DNA of 64,000 nucleotides, from the IMG/VR virus record IMGVR_UViG_3300028029_000006, positions 345,148 through 409,147 of that record, one strand, 5' to 3'. The DNA comes from a virus. A model generated the notes under the pieces. It was not told the DNA's origin and did no database searches. It saw nothing but the letters and a program-made list of their open reading frames with translations. Within the stretch, counting starts at the first letter, position 1; the number at the start of each line of letters is the position of its first letter. This document shows positions 1 to 10,075 of the stretch, in pieces. A program made the translations under genes and the position numbers.

Positions 1-1
1 A

Positions 2-310
2 AAAAGAAGATGTAGTAGAGGAGCTATTTTTAAACGTGATAAAAATTTATGTCAATACTGCGGTGATAAATTTAAATCATCAGTTCTAACTATAGATCAT
101 GTTTTACCTAAAACTTTAGGTGGTAAAACCTCTTGGATCAACTGTGTTGCTTGTTGCTCTTATTGTAATAATAAAAAAGCTGATAAAAAGCTTGATATAG
201 CTGATATGAAATTGTTAAATAAACCTACAAAACCAACTACAGCTGTTTGGTATGATTATAATTCAATAATCAATAAACATGAAGATTGGAAGCACTATAT
301 TAAATCTTAA
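2..310 (+). CDS. HNH endonuclease (McrA-like), 5'-truncated by window edge
   Basis: Frame 2, translated by hand: ...RDKNLCQYCG...TIDHVLPKTLGGKTSWINCVACCSYCNNKK...; TAA at 308-310. Confidence 0.85.
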   Translation, partial: KRRCSRGAIFKRDKNLCQYCGDKFKSSVLTIDHVLPKTLGGKTSWINCVACCSYCNNKKADKKLDIADMKLLNKPTKPTTAVWYDYNSIINKHEDWKHYIKS

Positions 311-942
311 TATTCAGTTGGGTAATAAGCGCTATTACCAGGACCTTTAATGGCGCCCAAAGGAAATGGCATAATTTTTCTTGGCTCATATTGATTATTA
401 AATAACCCAGGTGGCAAATCTACATCTTCTTCAACTTCATATGCCATTTCTCTTGGAGGCCCTGAGGTTATCATAGTTGTTGGAACGTCAATTCGTTGAG
501 GAGCGTTTCTTTTGGAAGGATAAAAAACTCTTGGTTCAAAATTATCTAAAGAATTACCAAAAGATTGATGCCATTCACCCCAAGCATTAGAACCAGGGAT
601 TGAAGATAATCCTTGGATAGCTACTTTTAGAGCTTCTTTATATCTTTTGGCAGAAGCTAAATCCATACCAGCTCCTTTGGCAGTTTTGACTAAATGACGG
701 GTAACATTTAAAAGAGTCTGTAAATATCTGAGGACTTTAAAAGAATCTTTAGAATTTGTTACAGCAGATTCCATCCAGGCTCTTTTATTCCACATTTGAC
801 TAGCTAATTGTTTTAACCAATCAATATCAGCATAATTGCTTTGACGTCTTTTTGATTCCTCTAAATCATAATAAATATCTTCTTCAGACTCAGCTAATTT
901 AATTTTAAAATGTTTAGCGACCTTATGCAATTTTTTAGTCAT
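307..942 (-). CDS. Hypothetical protein with shared basic N-terminal leader (probable virion/late protein)
   Basis: Likely true start MTKKLHKVAKHFKIKLAE at 942, just downstream of an AATA-N6-CATA motif. Confidence 0.6.
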   Translation of the reverse strand: MTKKLHKVAKHFKIKLAESEEDIYYDLEESKRRQSNYADIDWLKQLASQMWNKRAWMESAVTNSKDSFKVLRYLQTLLNVTRHLVKTAKGAGMDLASAKRYKEALKVAIQGLSSIPGSNAWGEWHQSFGNSLDNFEPRVFYPSKRNAPQRIDVPTTMITSGPPREMAYEVEEDVDLPPGLFNNQYEPRKIMPFPLGAIKGPGNSAYYPTEY

Positions 943-947
943 GTTAT

Positions 948-961
948 TATGTTGTATTATT
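948..961 (-). promoter_or_regulatory. Putative phage late promoter AATA-N6-YATA
   Basis: AATA ATACAA CATA on - strand, 5 nt before the ATG; recurs before other leader-family genes. Confidence 0.5.
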
Positions 962-975
962 GCATTTAGATAGGA

Positions 976-1314
976 ATGAATGATTATAATAGATTCGAAG
1001 ATCCAAAACATATTAAATGGGCAAAAGATGTTAAAAAAAGAGACAGATTTTCATGTCGAGTTTGCAACATTAAGAATGTATATTTGAACAGTCATCATTT
1101 GAACTCTTTTGATATTTTTGTTAGTCAAAGATTCAATATTGATAATGGTATAACTTTATGTCAAGTTCATCATGATGATTTCCATCAGATTTATGGTCAT
1201 GGAAAAAATACAGTTTACCAATTTTTAGAGTTTCTAGAAATAATTAATATTATTAAGATAATAACGAAAGAAGATTATGATAAAAAAACAAGACGATATC
1301 GTCCCAGAATTTAA
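976..1314 (+). CDS. HNH endonuclease
   Basis: RDRFSCRVC...SHHL...NGITLCQVHHDDFH. Confidence 0.85.
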   Translation: MNDYNRFEDPKHIKWAKDVKKRDRFSCRVCNIKNVYLNSHHLNSFDIFVSQRFNIDNGITLCQVHHDDFHQIYGHGKNTVYQFLEFLEIINIIKIITKEDYDKKTRRYRPRI

Positions 1315-1816
1315 GTTTGCGTTAACTGATGATTTAATTGAAGCTTGTAAGGAAAGCGACTTAGAGCCAGAAGATTTTTTACCAACTAAAGCTGAAAATA
1401 GAGCTACAGGTTGGGATGTTAGATGTTCTGTTTTAGGTGGGGTTAATATGAAGCAAGAACAATATTTGAAAGTTCCTTTAGGTATTCATATGCTAGCTCC
1501 AGAAGGGTGGTGGTTAAAATTAAAACCCCGATCTTCATCTTTTACTAAAAGATATCTTCATGCTTTATATGGTACCATTGATGAGACTTATCCAGGAGAA
1601 TTAATTTTCGCATGTCAGTATCAACCATGCAATAGTTTGATTATTAGTTCTGGAAAACCGCAAAGAATTGAATTTGGAGACCGTATTGCCCAAGTTATTC
1701 CAATTAAACGTCAAGAAATGATGGTTTCAACTACCACATTAGAAGAATTAAAAAAAGAACATAGCAGAAGAAATTCTGAAAGAAAATCGGGGTTTGGATC
1801 TAGTGGTAGTCGGTAA
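1277..1816 (+). CDS. dut: Trimeric dUTPase
   Basis: Motifs ATGWDV, PRSS, GTIDETYPGE, RIAQ, RKSGFGSSG. Confidence 0.92.
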   Translation: MIKKQDDIVPEFKFALTDDLIEACKESDLEPEDFLPTKAENRATGWDVRCSVLGGVNMKQEQYLKVPLGIHMLAPEGWWLKLKPRSSSFTKRYLHALYGTIDETYPGELIFACQYQPCNSLIISSGKPQRIEFGDRIAQVIPIKRQEMMVSTTTLEELKKEHSRRNSERKSGFGSSGSR

Positions 1817-2639
1817 TTCAAGCTCCAGTGAAGCTAACCTTTATGAGTTATTAAAAAACTTAAATAAAGAAAGTGAGAGTTTAGTTAAAGAATTTTTATC
1901 TAATAAAAGAACTTCAAAAGCTTTATGTTTAAAAGATCGTTCTATTATACTGGAAAGAGCTAAAAAAAATCCAGATGATGCCTTAAGAGTGATTCTTAAT
2001 AATTACGGATTTAGAACTAACACCAGATTTCGTACAAATATGGTTCCAGAAATCGATTTACCTCCTCAATTACAGAAATTAGCTATTATTAATGGCGATT
2101 ATAAGTTTCAAACAGGTAATTTCAGGGATGCTAATTGGGTTAAAACAGGTTGTTTAGGTGAGATGGCTTTTGTGTTTTTTATGAACTGTGCTTTTCATTT
2201 TTTTAATTTTGATGTGGATCTTCCAATGATAAATACTCAATCTCTTTTGTATGGTGGAGATGGAGGAAATGATTTTAGGGTTGGTAATTCCGATCTTGAT
2301 ATAAAATATAGAGATGATAATCCGTCAAAAGGAATGGCTTTGCAAAATAGGTTTTTAAAAAGTTCGCTTCGAGACCCAGATGGCATTTTGTTACAAATTA
2401 GTAACATTACTAACGATAAAAAACTTGGTCATTCTGTAGTTAATACTCCTATTGATAAGATTTGTAAAGATTTACCTTTAGCTTTAGTTGGGTATGTGTC
2501 AATTGATGAGTATAATAGAAGAAAACAACCTTTTGAGGGTTATAGTGATTGGATTGTTGATGATCTAAATGGAGTTTCTTCATTAATTATTAGGTTGCTT
2601 GATGAAGTTAATCAAAATGAAGGGATGTTTGAGATATGA
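1794..2639 (+). CDS. Hypothetical, possible PD-(D/E)XK-fold nuclease
   Basis: GCLGEMAF...GGDGGNDF...DLDIK spacing resembles a restriction-endonuclease-like core. Confidence 0.4.
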   Translation: MDLVVVGNSSSSEANLYELLKNLNKESESLVKEFLSNKRTSKALCLKDRSIILERAKKNPDDALRVILNNYGFRTNTRFRTNMVPEIDLPPQLQKLAIINGDYKFQTGNFRDANWVKTGCLGEMAFVFFMNCAFHFFNFDVDLPMINTQSLLYGGDGGNDFRVGNSDLDIKYRDDNPSKGMALQNRFLKSSLRDPDGILLQISNITNDKKLGHSVVNTPIDKICKDLPLALVGYVSIDEYNRRKQPFEGYSDWIVDDLNGVSSLIIRLLDEVNQNEGMFEI

Positions 2640-2995
2640 GTAAATTTCAGACAATAATTAAAGCTTTAGAAATGGGGATGGTTGTTGATTTATATAATAA
2701 ATTAATGTATAAGTTAAGTGGACTTCATGATGACCCCATTCTTTTTAGTCAATATAAAAATGATGATATAGATTTTTGGCATCCTTCTAAAGAAACTTTT
2801 AACTATATGTTTGTTCAATGTGAGAAAATTCCAGATGATTATATTAAAGATTTAAAAGCTGATATTGTGCTTAATGAATTAAAAGTAAAAAGAAACATTG
2901 AAAGCAAATGTTATAAATGTAAAAAATTTAAACCAAGAGAATTCTCATATTTTACAGCCTCTGTTTGGTTTTGTGAAGATTGTATAGAAGGATAA
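2636..2995 (+). CDS. Hypothetical with C-terminal CxxC..CxxC zinc ribbon
   Basis: CYKC...CEDC; ATGA overlap with upstream gene. Confidence 0.55.
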   Translation: MSKFQTIIKALEMGMVVDLYNKLMYKLSGLHDDPILFSQYKNDDIDFWHPSKETFNYMFVQCEKIPDDYIKDLKADIVLNELKVKRNIESKCYKCKKFKPREFSYFTASVWFCEDCIEG

Positions 2996-3002
2996 TTAAG
3001 TT

Positions 3003-4034
3003 ATGAATGAAACAAAAATGAAAATTGTGTTGGGGGCTGCGTTAGTTTTACTATTATTAGCTGTTGGTTTTATAATTAAACAGCAATGGGATGGTAATCA
3101 GCAAAGAAAAGCTTTATCTCAACAAGTTGTTGAAATGAAACAACTTCAAGACGGAGTTGTTAGAAGTCAATCTAAATATCTTACCAAAAAAGATTTTGAT
3201 GATTTTGCCAAAGATATGGATATTGATTTAGAAACCATTCAAGATGATTTAGATAATTTTAATGCTGATATAAAAGGTCTTAATAAGATTGTAGCCTCAT
3301 CAAAAGGTATCAGAGTAACCGGTATTGGTTCATCAAACACATCTCCTAGACCAAAAAACCCCAATAATCCTCCTCAATTACCAACATGTCCAGATGGAAC
3401 TGTTTGTAAGGACCAGTTTGGGTATTTAACAAATTCTCAAATGTTAGGATTACATGAACCATTCAATGATTTTAATGTACCTTTAGGATCGATTAAATTT
3501 GAAGCTTGGAAAAGTAAACCTTGGAGCATTAATATTCATTCTAGAAAATATGTTGTATCTACGGTTTTAGGTCAAGATGAAAATGGGAAACATTATGTTC
3601 ATAATCGTTTTAAAATTGGCGTTAGCGGAAAAGAGTATATTATTCCAATTGAGCAATCTGAATTTGTAGAGAAAGTACCGGAAGCTTCATTTAGATTTGA
3701 TCCTCATTTTAGCTTAGGTTTAGCGGTTGGAATAACTGTAGCTACTAGTTCTTTAAATCCGAATGAACCAAAGGTAAGAACTGAAGTACAGCCTACATTA
3801 GATATTTCTTTTATGTCTTATAGTGAAACTAAAGTTAATCCACAATGGAAGTTTTTAGGTGTTGGTTTTGGTTATGAAACTCAGAATAATGATTTTGCAA
3901 TTGTTGTTAATCCAGTTGATTACAATGTAGGGAAACATATTCCGGCAATGGATAACCTTTACCTGGGGCCGACTGTTGGCGTTGATCTTGGTGGTCAGAT
4001 TTTTGTTGGTGGTGGAATTAGGGTTGGTTTATAA
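3003..4034 (+). CDS. Membrane-anchored coiled-coil protein with C-terminal beta-strand region
   Basis: N-terminal TM segment (IVLGAALVLLLLAVGFII), heptad region, amphipathic beta strands ending GGGIRVGL. Confidence 0.6.
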   Translation: MNETKMKIVLGAALVLLLLAVGFIIKQQWDGNQQRKALSQQVVEMKQLQDGVVRSQSKYLTKKDFDDFAKDMDIDLETIQDDLDNFNADIKGLNKIVASSKGIRVTGIGSSNTSPRPKNPNNPPQLPTCPDGTVCKDQFGYLTNSQMLGLHEPFNDFNVPLGSIKFEAWKSKPWSINIHSRKYVVSTVLGQDENGKHYVHNRFKIGVSGKEYIIPIEQSEFVEKVPEASFRFDPHFSLGLAVGITVATSSLNPNEPKVRTEVQPTLDISFMSYSETKVNPQWKFLGVGFGYETQNNDFAIVVNPVDYNVGKHIPAMDNLYLGPTVGVDLGGQIFVGGGIRVGL

Positions 4035-4237
4035 TAAGTTTGCATTTTAGTGAATGTTTTATAGGAGCAGTTATGAATGATGAGAAATGCAAGAAGAAGG
4101 CCAAATTTGTTCAGAAATACCTTTACGTAGAGGACTATGCGTTTATAATGGGTACTTCTACAGAAGAGGAAGAGGAATGCGATGAAAATCGCGGAATTAT
4201 AATAATAGATTTATTAGAAAATGGAGAATAGTACACT

Positions 4238-4801
4238 TTGAAGAAACAAAAAAGTTTAGATAGAATCTTTGTAAACAAAGACATTAGGTCAAGGGAAGTT
4301 CGCTGTATTGATAAGGATGATAAAAATTTAGGAGTTATGTCAACCTATAATGCTATTAAGTTAGCTCAGTCAGTAGATTTAGATTTAGTAATGATTTCTC
4401 CATCTGGGAAAAATCAAACTCCTATTTGTAAAATTATCGATGCTGGCAAATATAAATACGTTTTATCAAAACGAAAAAGAGATTTATCTAAAAAAAGAAG
4501 GGAGACGGCGATTAAAATTAAAGAAATTAAGTTTCGTCCTTCTACAAATGTTAACGATTTAAGAACAAAAGCAAAAAAAGCTCAAAAATTCTTGGAAGAT
4601 GGCTGCAGAATTAAAATTGCAATCAATTTTAAAGGAAGAGAAATTTCTCATAAAGATGTTGCTTATGACCGATTGATGGAATTCATCGATTTGGTTGGCG
4701 TAGCTGAAATGTTTGAGGATCCAAATATGTCAGGTCGACAGATGACATGTATGTTATCTCTTAATAAGAATCATAATAAAGAATTGAGACAAACTGCGTG
4801 A
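4238..4801 (+). CDS. infC: Translation initiation factor IF-3
   Basis: NKDIRSREVRCID, DLDLV, KIIDAGKYKY, KEIKFRP, FKGRE. Confidence 0.95.
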   Translation: MKKQKSLDRIFVNKDIRSREVRCIDKDDKNLGVMSTYNAIKLAQSVDLDLVMISPSGKNQTPICKIIDAGKYKYVLSKRKRDLSKKRRETAIKIKEIKFRPSTNVNDLRTKAKKAQKFLEDGCRIKIAINFKGREISHKDVAYDRLMEFIDLVGVAEMFEDPNMSGRQMTCMLSLNKNHNKELRQTA

Positions 4802-5247
4802 TTATAACTGATGAAAAACTTCTTCGTGTTAAATGCGAAGAGGTTTTACCAGATGAAATTGATTCTTTAAGAGAAGAGTTGGAAAAAGAGCTGAAATTCT
4901 CTGGAGAATTGGGCCGCCCTGGAATTGGACTGGCCGCTCCACAGATCGGAATCAGTAAAAATTTTGCAATCATTCGGATTAATACTCAAAATGGAATTAA
5001 TTATAATGTTGATTTAGTTAATTGTAGGATCTCTGACAAACACGATGAATTTCTTTTTAAGAATGAAGGATGTTTATCATTTCCTGGTGAACAAGTTGAT
5101 ACAATGAGATATAAAGAGATTGTTGTGGTTGATAATATGGTTAAACCTCATTCATTTATAGCTACAGGTATTTTAGCTGTATGCATTCAACATGAATTAG
5201 ATCATTTGCAAGGTGTATTATTGCCAGATTTGAAAGTGAATAGGTAA
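4798..5247 (+). CDS. def: Peptide deformylase
   Basis: GIGLAAPQIG, EGCLS, QHELDHL motifs. Confidence 0.96.
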   Translation: MIITDEKLLRVKCEEVLPDEIDSLREELEKELKFSGELGRPGIGLAAPQIGISKNFAIIRINTQNGINYNVDLVNCRISDKHDEFLFKNEGCLSFPGEQVDTMRYKEIVVVDNMVKPHSFIATGILAVCIQHELDHLQGVLLPDLKVNR

Positions 5248-5251
5248 AATA

Positions 5252-5527
5252 ATGAATAATGAAATAGCAGATTTAAATCTTGATATGGGTAATTTAAAAT
5301 ATGATGTGGATTCTTTAGAAGATGATGTAGAATTTTTAAAAGAAAAAACAGAAGAAGACAATGTTCCTAGAGATCAGATAGCTTTGCAAAGTTTTTTAAG
5401 AGTTGCGGCTTTAGAAAAGACATTAATAGAAGCTGGCATAATTAAAGAAGATGATTTAGTTAAGAATCTAGGAATATTAGCTAATGATTTAGTTAGTGTT
5501 ATTGAAGCTAACGGTAATCAAAAATAG
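5252..5527 (+). CDS. Hypothetical acidic protein
   Basis: ORF packed in operon. Confidence 0.5.
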   Translation: MNNEIADLNLDMGNLKYDVDSLEDDVEFLKEKTEEDNVPRDQIALQSFLRVAALEKTLIEAGIIKEDDLVKNLGILANDLVSVIEANGNQK

Positions 5528-5537
5528 AAGGTGATAA

Positions 5538-5846
5538 ATGCATAAATTAAAAAATGAGTCAGATTTCGATGTTGATAAAGGTTTTTTCGCGGTTAAGTTT
5601 GAAGCTACATGGTGCATGCCGTGTAAATCTTATACTCCTATTATTAACAAGTTAGATGATGAATTTGATGATGTGTCATTTATTACAGTAGATATTGATG
5701 TGGTGCCTGAGTTAGCTCAGAGGTTTAAGGTTAAGACATTGCCGACTTTAATTTTGATTAAAGATGGAGATGAAGTAGATCGTATTTTAGGGAAATCAAA
5801 AATAACACCTGTTAGAAGTAAGTTAAAGAAATTAAGTAATGTGTAA
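5538..5846 (+). CDS. trxA: Thioredoxin
   Basis: WCMPC active site, cis-Pro motif TLPT. Confidence 0.9.
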   Translation: MHKLKNESDFDVDKGFFAVKFEATWCMPCKSYTPIINKLDDEFDDVSFITVDIDVVPELAQRFKVKTLPTLILIKDGDEVDRILGKSKITPVRSKLKKLSNV

Positions 5847-6166
5847 TGAAAAAATTAATTAAAAAAATAGCGAAAGAGTATGATTGTTCAAAAATGAAGT
5901 TTACTAAAAATGGTAAATTAAAGAAAAAATCAAGAAAAGAGTTTAAGTCTAAAGCAGATTGGGAAATTATATCTTTTAATCAAAAGTTATCTGAAGAATT
6001 TATTAGAGAATTTCAAGATAAAGTAAATTGGATTAGTATATCTTGGTATCAGAATTTATCTGAAAATTTTATTAGAGAATTTAAAAATAAAGTGCATTGG
6101 CATAATATATTTAGTCGTCAAGAATTATCTAAAGATTTTCGTTATGAATTTTGGTTAGAAAATTAA
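5846..6166 (+). CDS. 22-aa Trp-repeat protein (LSExFIREFxDKVxW family)
   Basis: Repeats of W..IS..Q.LSE.FIREF.DKV; four paralogues elsewhere in window. Confidence 0.75.
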   Translation: MKKLIKKIAKEYDCSKMKFTKNGKLKKKSRKEFKSKADWEIISFNQKLSEEFIREFQDKVNWISISWYQNLSENFIREFKNKVHWHNIFSRQELSKDFRYEFWLEN

Positions 6167-6215
6167 GTGAAGAAAACTACGTTAGTGATATATAATATTT
6201 TGGAGGAATTGTAAT

Positions 6216-6713
6216 ATGACAAAATCAGATGTTCTTTGGAAAGAGATTAAAAATTTACCTATTGAGATGTTTTCTTTACCAAATCAAAAAGTGGAATCTT
6301 ATGTAACAAGGCTTGTTGGTAGTCCTGAAGAGGTACTTTTAAAACTTAAAAACTCAGCCACTTTGCCGGCTTTAGAATCGGTCTTAAGGTCCCATAAGGA
6401 ATTTAGGAAAGAGAAGCGTTATGACCGCCCACACGCAGAACCAGAGACTGTTGAAGTTCAGTATCCTAAATACGAAATGAAAGAAAATGATGGTGGTTAT
6501 GTATCCATTACTAGGTTTGTTAACCCAAAAGATAAGAAAGAACTCAAACCATTAAGAGGAGATTATTTTGTTTTAGGTAAAGATAAAACAGATTCCGAAT
6601 CTGATGAAGAGGTCAGAAAAGCTATTAAGACTAGCAAAGATACTAAAACTAGTAAGCCTAGCAAAACTGCTAGTAAGGTTGTTAGCAAAGATGATAAAAA
6701 GCAAGAAAGTTAA
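6216..6713 (+). CDS. Hypothetical protein, Lys/Ser-rich tail
   Basis: GGAGG Shine-Dalgarno, intact ORF. Confidence 0.6.
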   Translation: MTKSDVLWKEIKNLPIEMFSLPNQKVESYVTRLVGSPEEVLLKLKNSATLPALESVLRSHKEFRKEKRYDRPHAEPETVEVQYPKYEMKENDGGYVSITRFVNPKDKKELKPLRGDYFVLGKDKTDSESDEEVRKAIKTSKDTKTSKPSKTASKVVSKDDKKQES

Positions 6714-6716
6714 TGT

Positions 6717-7082
6717 GTGAATGATGGAGTTTACATTGTACTTGGATGTTTTGGTCGGTGTGATAATGATTTCGTAAGCTGTTCTGGTTTGCGAAACAAA
6801 ATTCTTTTTTTAAAATCATCTGATTTAAATTTTTCAGACTTGATGGATTATTTAGATAATATGAGACTTTTTGATCGGGTTCTTTTGGATTATAATGCGG
6901 TTAGACGTTTAATATTCAAAGTACAAAATGATTTTGATTTGCCAACAAAAAAAGTTTGGCCAGAAAAGATGTTTATGCTCTATCAAAAATTTGTCATAGA
7001 TCATAAGGATTGTGGCCTTTTTATTGATTTAGAGTTAAATGATGAGTCAAACCAGAAAACAGATGCTCAGACAAATAGTTGA
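6717..7082 (+). CDS. Hypothetical protein
   Basis: ORF in operon. Confidence 0.5.
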   Translation: MNDGVYIVLGCFGRCDNDFVSCSGLRNKILFLKSSDLNFSDLMDYLDNMRLFDRVLLDYNAVRRLIFKVQNDFDLPTKKVWPEKMFMLYQKFVIDHKDCGLFIDLELNDESNQKTDAQTNS

Positions 7083-7212
7083 AATGATTTTATCAGATCA
7101 ATTTGATTCCTCATTGGAAGAATCAGCCAAAGATCGCCAGCAACCAAAAGATATTCGCTTGTTTAATTGGATTCAGCCAGGAGCTGATGATAGTAAGCAA
7201 ACACCTAAATAG
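7039..7212 (+). CDS. Small hypothetical protein (57 aa, not in ORF track)
   Basis: MMSQTRKQMLRQIVEMILSDQF...QTPK*, fills the gap before the ATG at 7220. Confidence 0.45.
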   Translation: MMSQTRKQMLRQIVEMILSDQFDSSLEESAKDRQQPKDIRLFNWIQPGADDSKQTPK

Positions 7213-7219
7213 GATAACT

Positions 7220-7606
7220 ATGAATCGAACTGTAAAAGAAAATTTTGCCAATAGACTTTTGCTTCAAAAAAAAGAAGCTGATGTACAAGGACTTACCAAG
7301 GTAGCACAAAATCTTGATCATGTAATGGATGATTTGGAAATCAGATCCAATGATGAATCGTATTCATACGAAGAAAAAGATGTTAAATCTGATGTTCAAA
7401 AATCTTTATGGAGTGCCGCAGTTCGTGTTGCTGATTATTATGATTGCAACATTGAGGCACCAGAAATGCAAGAGATTTTAGAAAATTTTGCTAATAATCT
7501 TATGCATGAAGTAAGAGTTCAAGGTGGCGTTAAACATGGCGTAGGTGCTTATGAGTCTTCAGTACCTGGAGAATCATTTGAAAGACCAATTATTGAGATT
7601 GAATAA
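7220..7606 (+). CDS. Hypothetical protein
   Basis: Start reassigned to MNRTVKENF at 7220, which has an AGGA SD. Confidence 0.55.
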   Translation: MNRTVKENFANRLLLQKKEADVQGLTKVAQNLDHVMDDLEIRSNDESYSYEEKDVKSDVQKSLWSAAVRVADYYDCNIEAPEMQEILENFANNLMHEVRVQGGVKHGVGAYESSVPGESFERPIIEIE

Positions 7607-7607
7607 T

Positions 7608-8090
7608 ATGAACGATAAAGATCAAAGATTAATGCTTGAAAGCAGAACTTCAGAAAGCAGATTGGCTACCAATTCAGGGCTTAAAATTGGAAATAAGAAA
7701 AGTGTATTTTCAGCCAAACAAGAGTCTAAACAATTGTTTGATCAAAAAATTGATAAGATCCAAACAAATCAATCTGATTATTTTCAAAAAGCGGGAGATC
7801 TAGCTTTTAAGTTTAAAGCTCTTATTAGCGATAAAACTTTACCAGAAAATAAGGGTCCCCTAATTCAATCTATGGAAAAAGAAGTTTTATTAGATTGGCA
7901 AAATTATATTTTAGAACAAAACAACCCAACAGATGATAATTTATCAACTCCAGAAGGGTTTGGTTCTTTAAGTGCCATCTTAATGATTTTTAATTCTTTA
8001 CTCAAGATGAGAGATAAAGATAATTTAGCTGAATTTAGAATTCAGGCATTAGAAGAAGAGATTAAAAACCTAAAAGCCGCCAAAGAATAA
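7608..8090 (+). CDS. Hypothetical coiled-coil protein
   Basis: Likely start MNDKDQ, immediately after upstream stop. Confidence 0.5.
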   Translation: MNDKDQRLMLESRTSESRLATNSGLKIGNKKSVFSAKQESKQLFDQKIDKIQTNQSDYFQKAGDLAFKFKALISDKTLPENKGPLIQSMEKEVLLDWQNYILEQNNPTDDNLSTPEGFGSLSAILMIFNSLLKMRDKDNLAEFRIQALEEEIKNLKAAKE

Positions 8091-8207
8091 TTTAACATTG
8101 TCGAGCAAGACGCTCATGAGTAGCAAACATTATACAGCAGTAAGTCAAGATCAGCTTCTTTTCCTTCTTTCCGAGGAAAAAGATGAGTATAATACTTACA
8201 AAAGATT

Positions 8208-8882
8208 ATGCAGCCTTTATCAGATAAACCTAGATCCAATAGCGTCGGCAGCTCATCAGGCAAAAGTTCAAGTTTTGAACCAGTTATTGGGTGGAAATCT
8301 ATTGGTAACGAATCTAATTCAAAAGATGAAAAACAAAAAATAATAATTGCTGCTAATAACATTCTTAGTTTAAAGGATGTATTTTCTCAATATAAAGTTC
8401 GGCTTGATGAAACATATAGTTCATCTGGTTGGGCTTTTAAAGGGCAATGTCCTTTTGATGATCATAACGATAGCACACCTTCTTTTGGATACAATCCAAA
8501 TTCTAATGTTTTTAATTGTTTTGGTTGTCATCGTGGAGGAAAAGCTGTTGAATTCATTGCCTTCAAAGAAGGTATAGAGCGAATTAAGGTAGCTAGAAGG
8601 ATCCTTCAAACACATAATGTATCAGATTTAGATATAAGTGAAATAAATGGGTTTGATTTTGATAAATTAAAACAAGTATTATTTGATTACGCTGATTATG
8701 TATTATTATTTAAGAAAAAACATAATAGTAAAAAAGCTTTAAAGTATGAAAAAGATGTTAATTGGAATATTGATGTTTTTTTAAGAAAAAACTCGTCAAT
8801 TACAGATATAGAATTAATAAATTTAGAAGCGAGAATTGAAATATTAAAAGAACAATTAGATTTGTTTGAGGAAGATGAATGA
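8208..8882 (+). CDS. CHC2 zinc-finger protein (stand-alone primase zinc-binding domain)
   Basis: CPFDDHNDSTPSF...FNCFGCHRGG; no TOPRIM domain follows. Confidence 0.85.
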   Translation: MQPLSDKPRSNSVGSSSGKSSSFEPVIGWKSIGNESNSKDEKQKIIIAANNILSLKDVFSQYKVRLDETYSSSGWAFKGQCPFDDHNDSTPSFGYNPNSNVFNCFGCHRGGKAVEFIAFKEGIERIKVARRILQTHNVSDLDISEINGFDFDKLKQVLFDYADYVLLFKKKHNSKKALKYEKDVNWNIDVFLRKNSSITDIELINLEARIEILKEQLDLFEEDE

Positions 8883-10075
8883 GTGAATTAATAGTTGGAG
8901 ATGTTCATTTAGGAGCAAGCCTTTCTCTTGGAAAACCAGGTTTAGGAAACGTTCTTAATAGTAGAGTTGTAGATCAAGTTAAATTATTGGACTGGGTTGC
9001 TGATACCGCAATTGAAAAAGGCACCGATAACATAATTTTAACTGGTGATATCTGTGAAGATGTTAGACCTGAGTATATTTTAATAGAATTACTTGTAGGA
9101 TTCTTTAAGAAGTGCGATTCATATAATATTGATGTGCATATTGTTGGTGGGAACCACGATCTACAAAGAACAGGCAATAAATATACTTCATATTTGGATT
9201 TAATATCCTCTTTTGAGCTACCTAACGTTCATATCTACAAAAATATGGCAACAATCTTTATAGGTGATACAGGTTATACTTTTATGCCTTTTAGAGATAT
9301 GCGTTCTTTAGAATGTGAAACATCTCAAGAAGGTTTAGATAAACTTTCAGCTATGTTAAAGTATGAGCTAGTTAGTATTCCTTTAAATTTCAATAAAGTT
9401 ATTGTGGGACATTTAGCAATTGAAGATTCTATTTATTTAGGTGGCGAAATTGATGAAACGGCCAATGAATTAATGTGCCCTGTTAGCATGTTTGAAGGAT
9501 ATGATTTTGTTTTTATGGGCCATGTTCATTTTCCTCAAGAGATGAATGCAGAAGATCCTTATGTAGCTCATGTTGGAAGTTTAGATACTTCAGATTGGGG
9601 AGAAATCAATCATTCAAAAGTAGTTATTAAGTTTGACGCTGATAAACACTCGAAATTTGAAGAGATTATTGTGCCAACAAGACCTATGAGAAGTATATTA
9701 ATCAATGTTCCAGCTAATGTTGACGCTACTACCTATGTTTTAAAGCAAATTAAAGCTGTACACAAAACAAAATCTCTTAAAAGAGCAATTGTTAAAGTTG
9801 AGATTAAATTATTAGATGAAAACTCTGATGGAGTTGATAAATCAGATATAAAAAATGAAACTTATAATTTAGGAGCTTTTCATACAATCTTATATGAATC
9901 TAAAACGATTGCTCCTATAATACCTACTACTCAAACAGTTGAAAGTAGCGATATATCAACCAAAGAAGCTGTTAAAGTTTGGGTTGATGGAGAAAATTTT
10001 GAATCTGATAAAGAAAAATTAGATTTAACTAACGCTTTTAATGATTTAATTTTAGAATTAGAAATAGAAAAATAA
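8879..10075 (+). CDS. sbcD: SbcD/Mre11-like (gp47-like) metallophosphoesterase nuclease
   Basis: GDVH, GD, GNHD, GH, GHVH motifs; adjacent to SbcC. Confidence 0.9.
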   Translation: MSELIVGDVHLGASLSLGKPGLGNVLNSRVVDQVKLLDWVADTAIEKGTDNIILTGDICEDVRPEYILIELLVGFFKKCDSYNIDVHIVGGNHDLQRTGNKYTSYLDLISSFELPNVHIYKNMATIFIGDTGYTFMPFRDMRSLECETSQEGLDKLSAMLKYELVSIPLNFNKVIVGHLAIEDSIYLGGEIDETANELMCPVSMFEGYDFVFMGHVHFPQEMNAEDPYVAHVGSLDTSDWGEINHSKVVIKFDADKHSKFEEIIVPTRPMRSILINVPANVDATTYVLKQIKAVHKTKSLKRAIVKVEIKLLDENSDGVDKSDIKNETYNLGAFHTILYESKTIAPIIPTTQTVESSDISTKEAVKVWVDGENFESDKEKLDLTNAFNDLILELEIEK

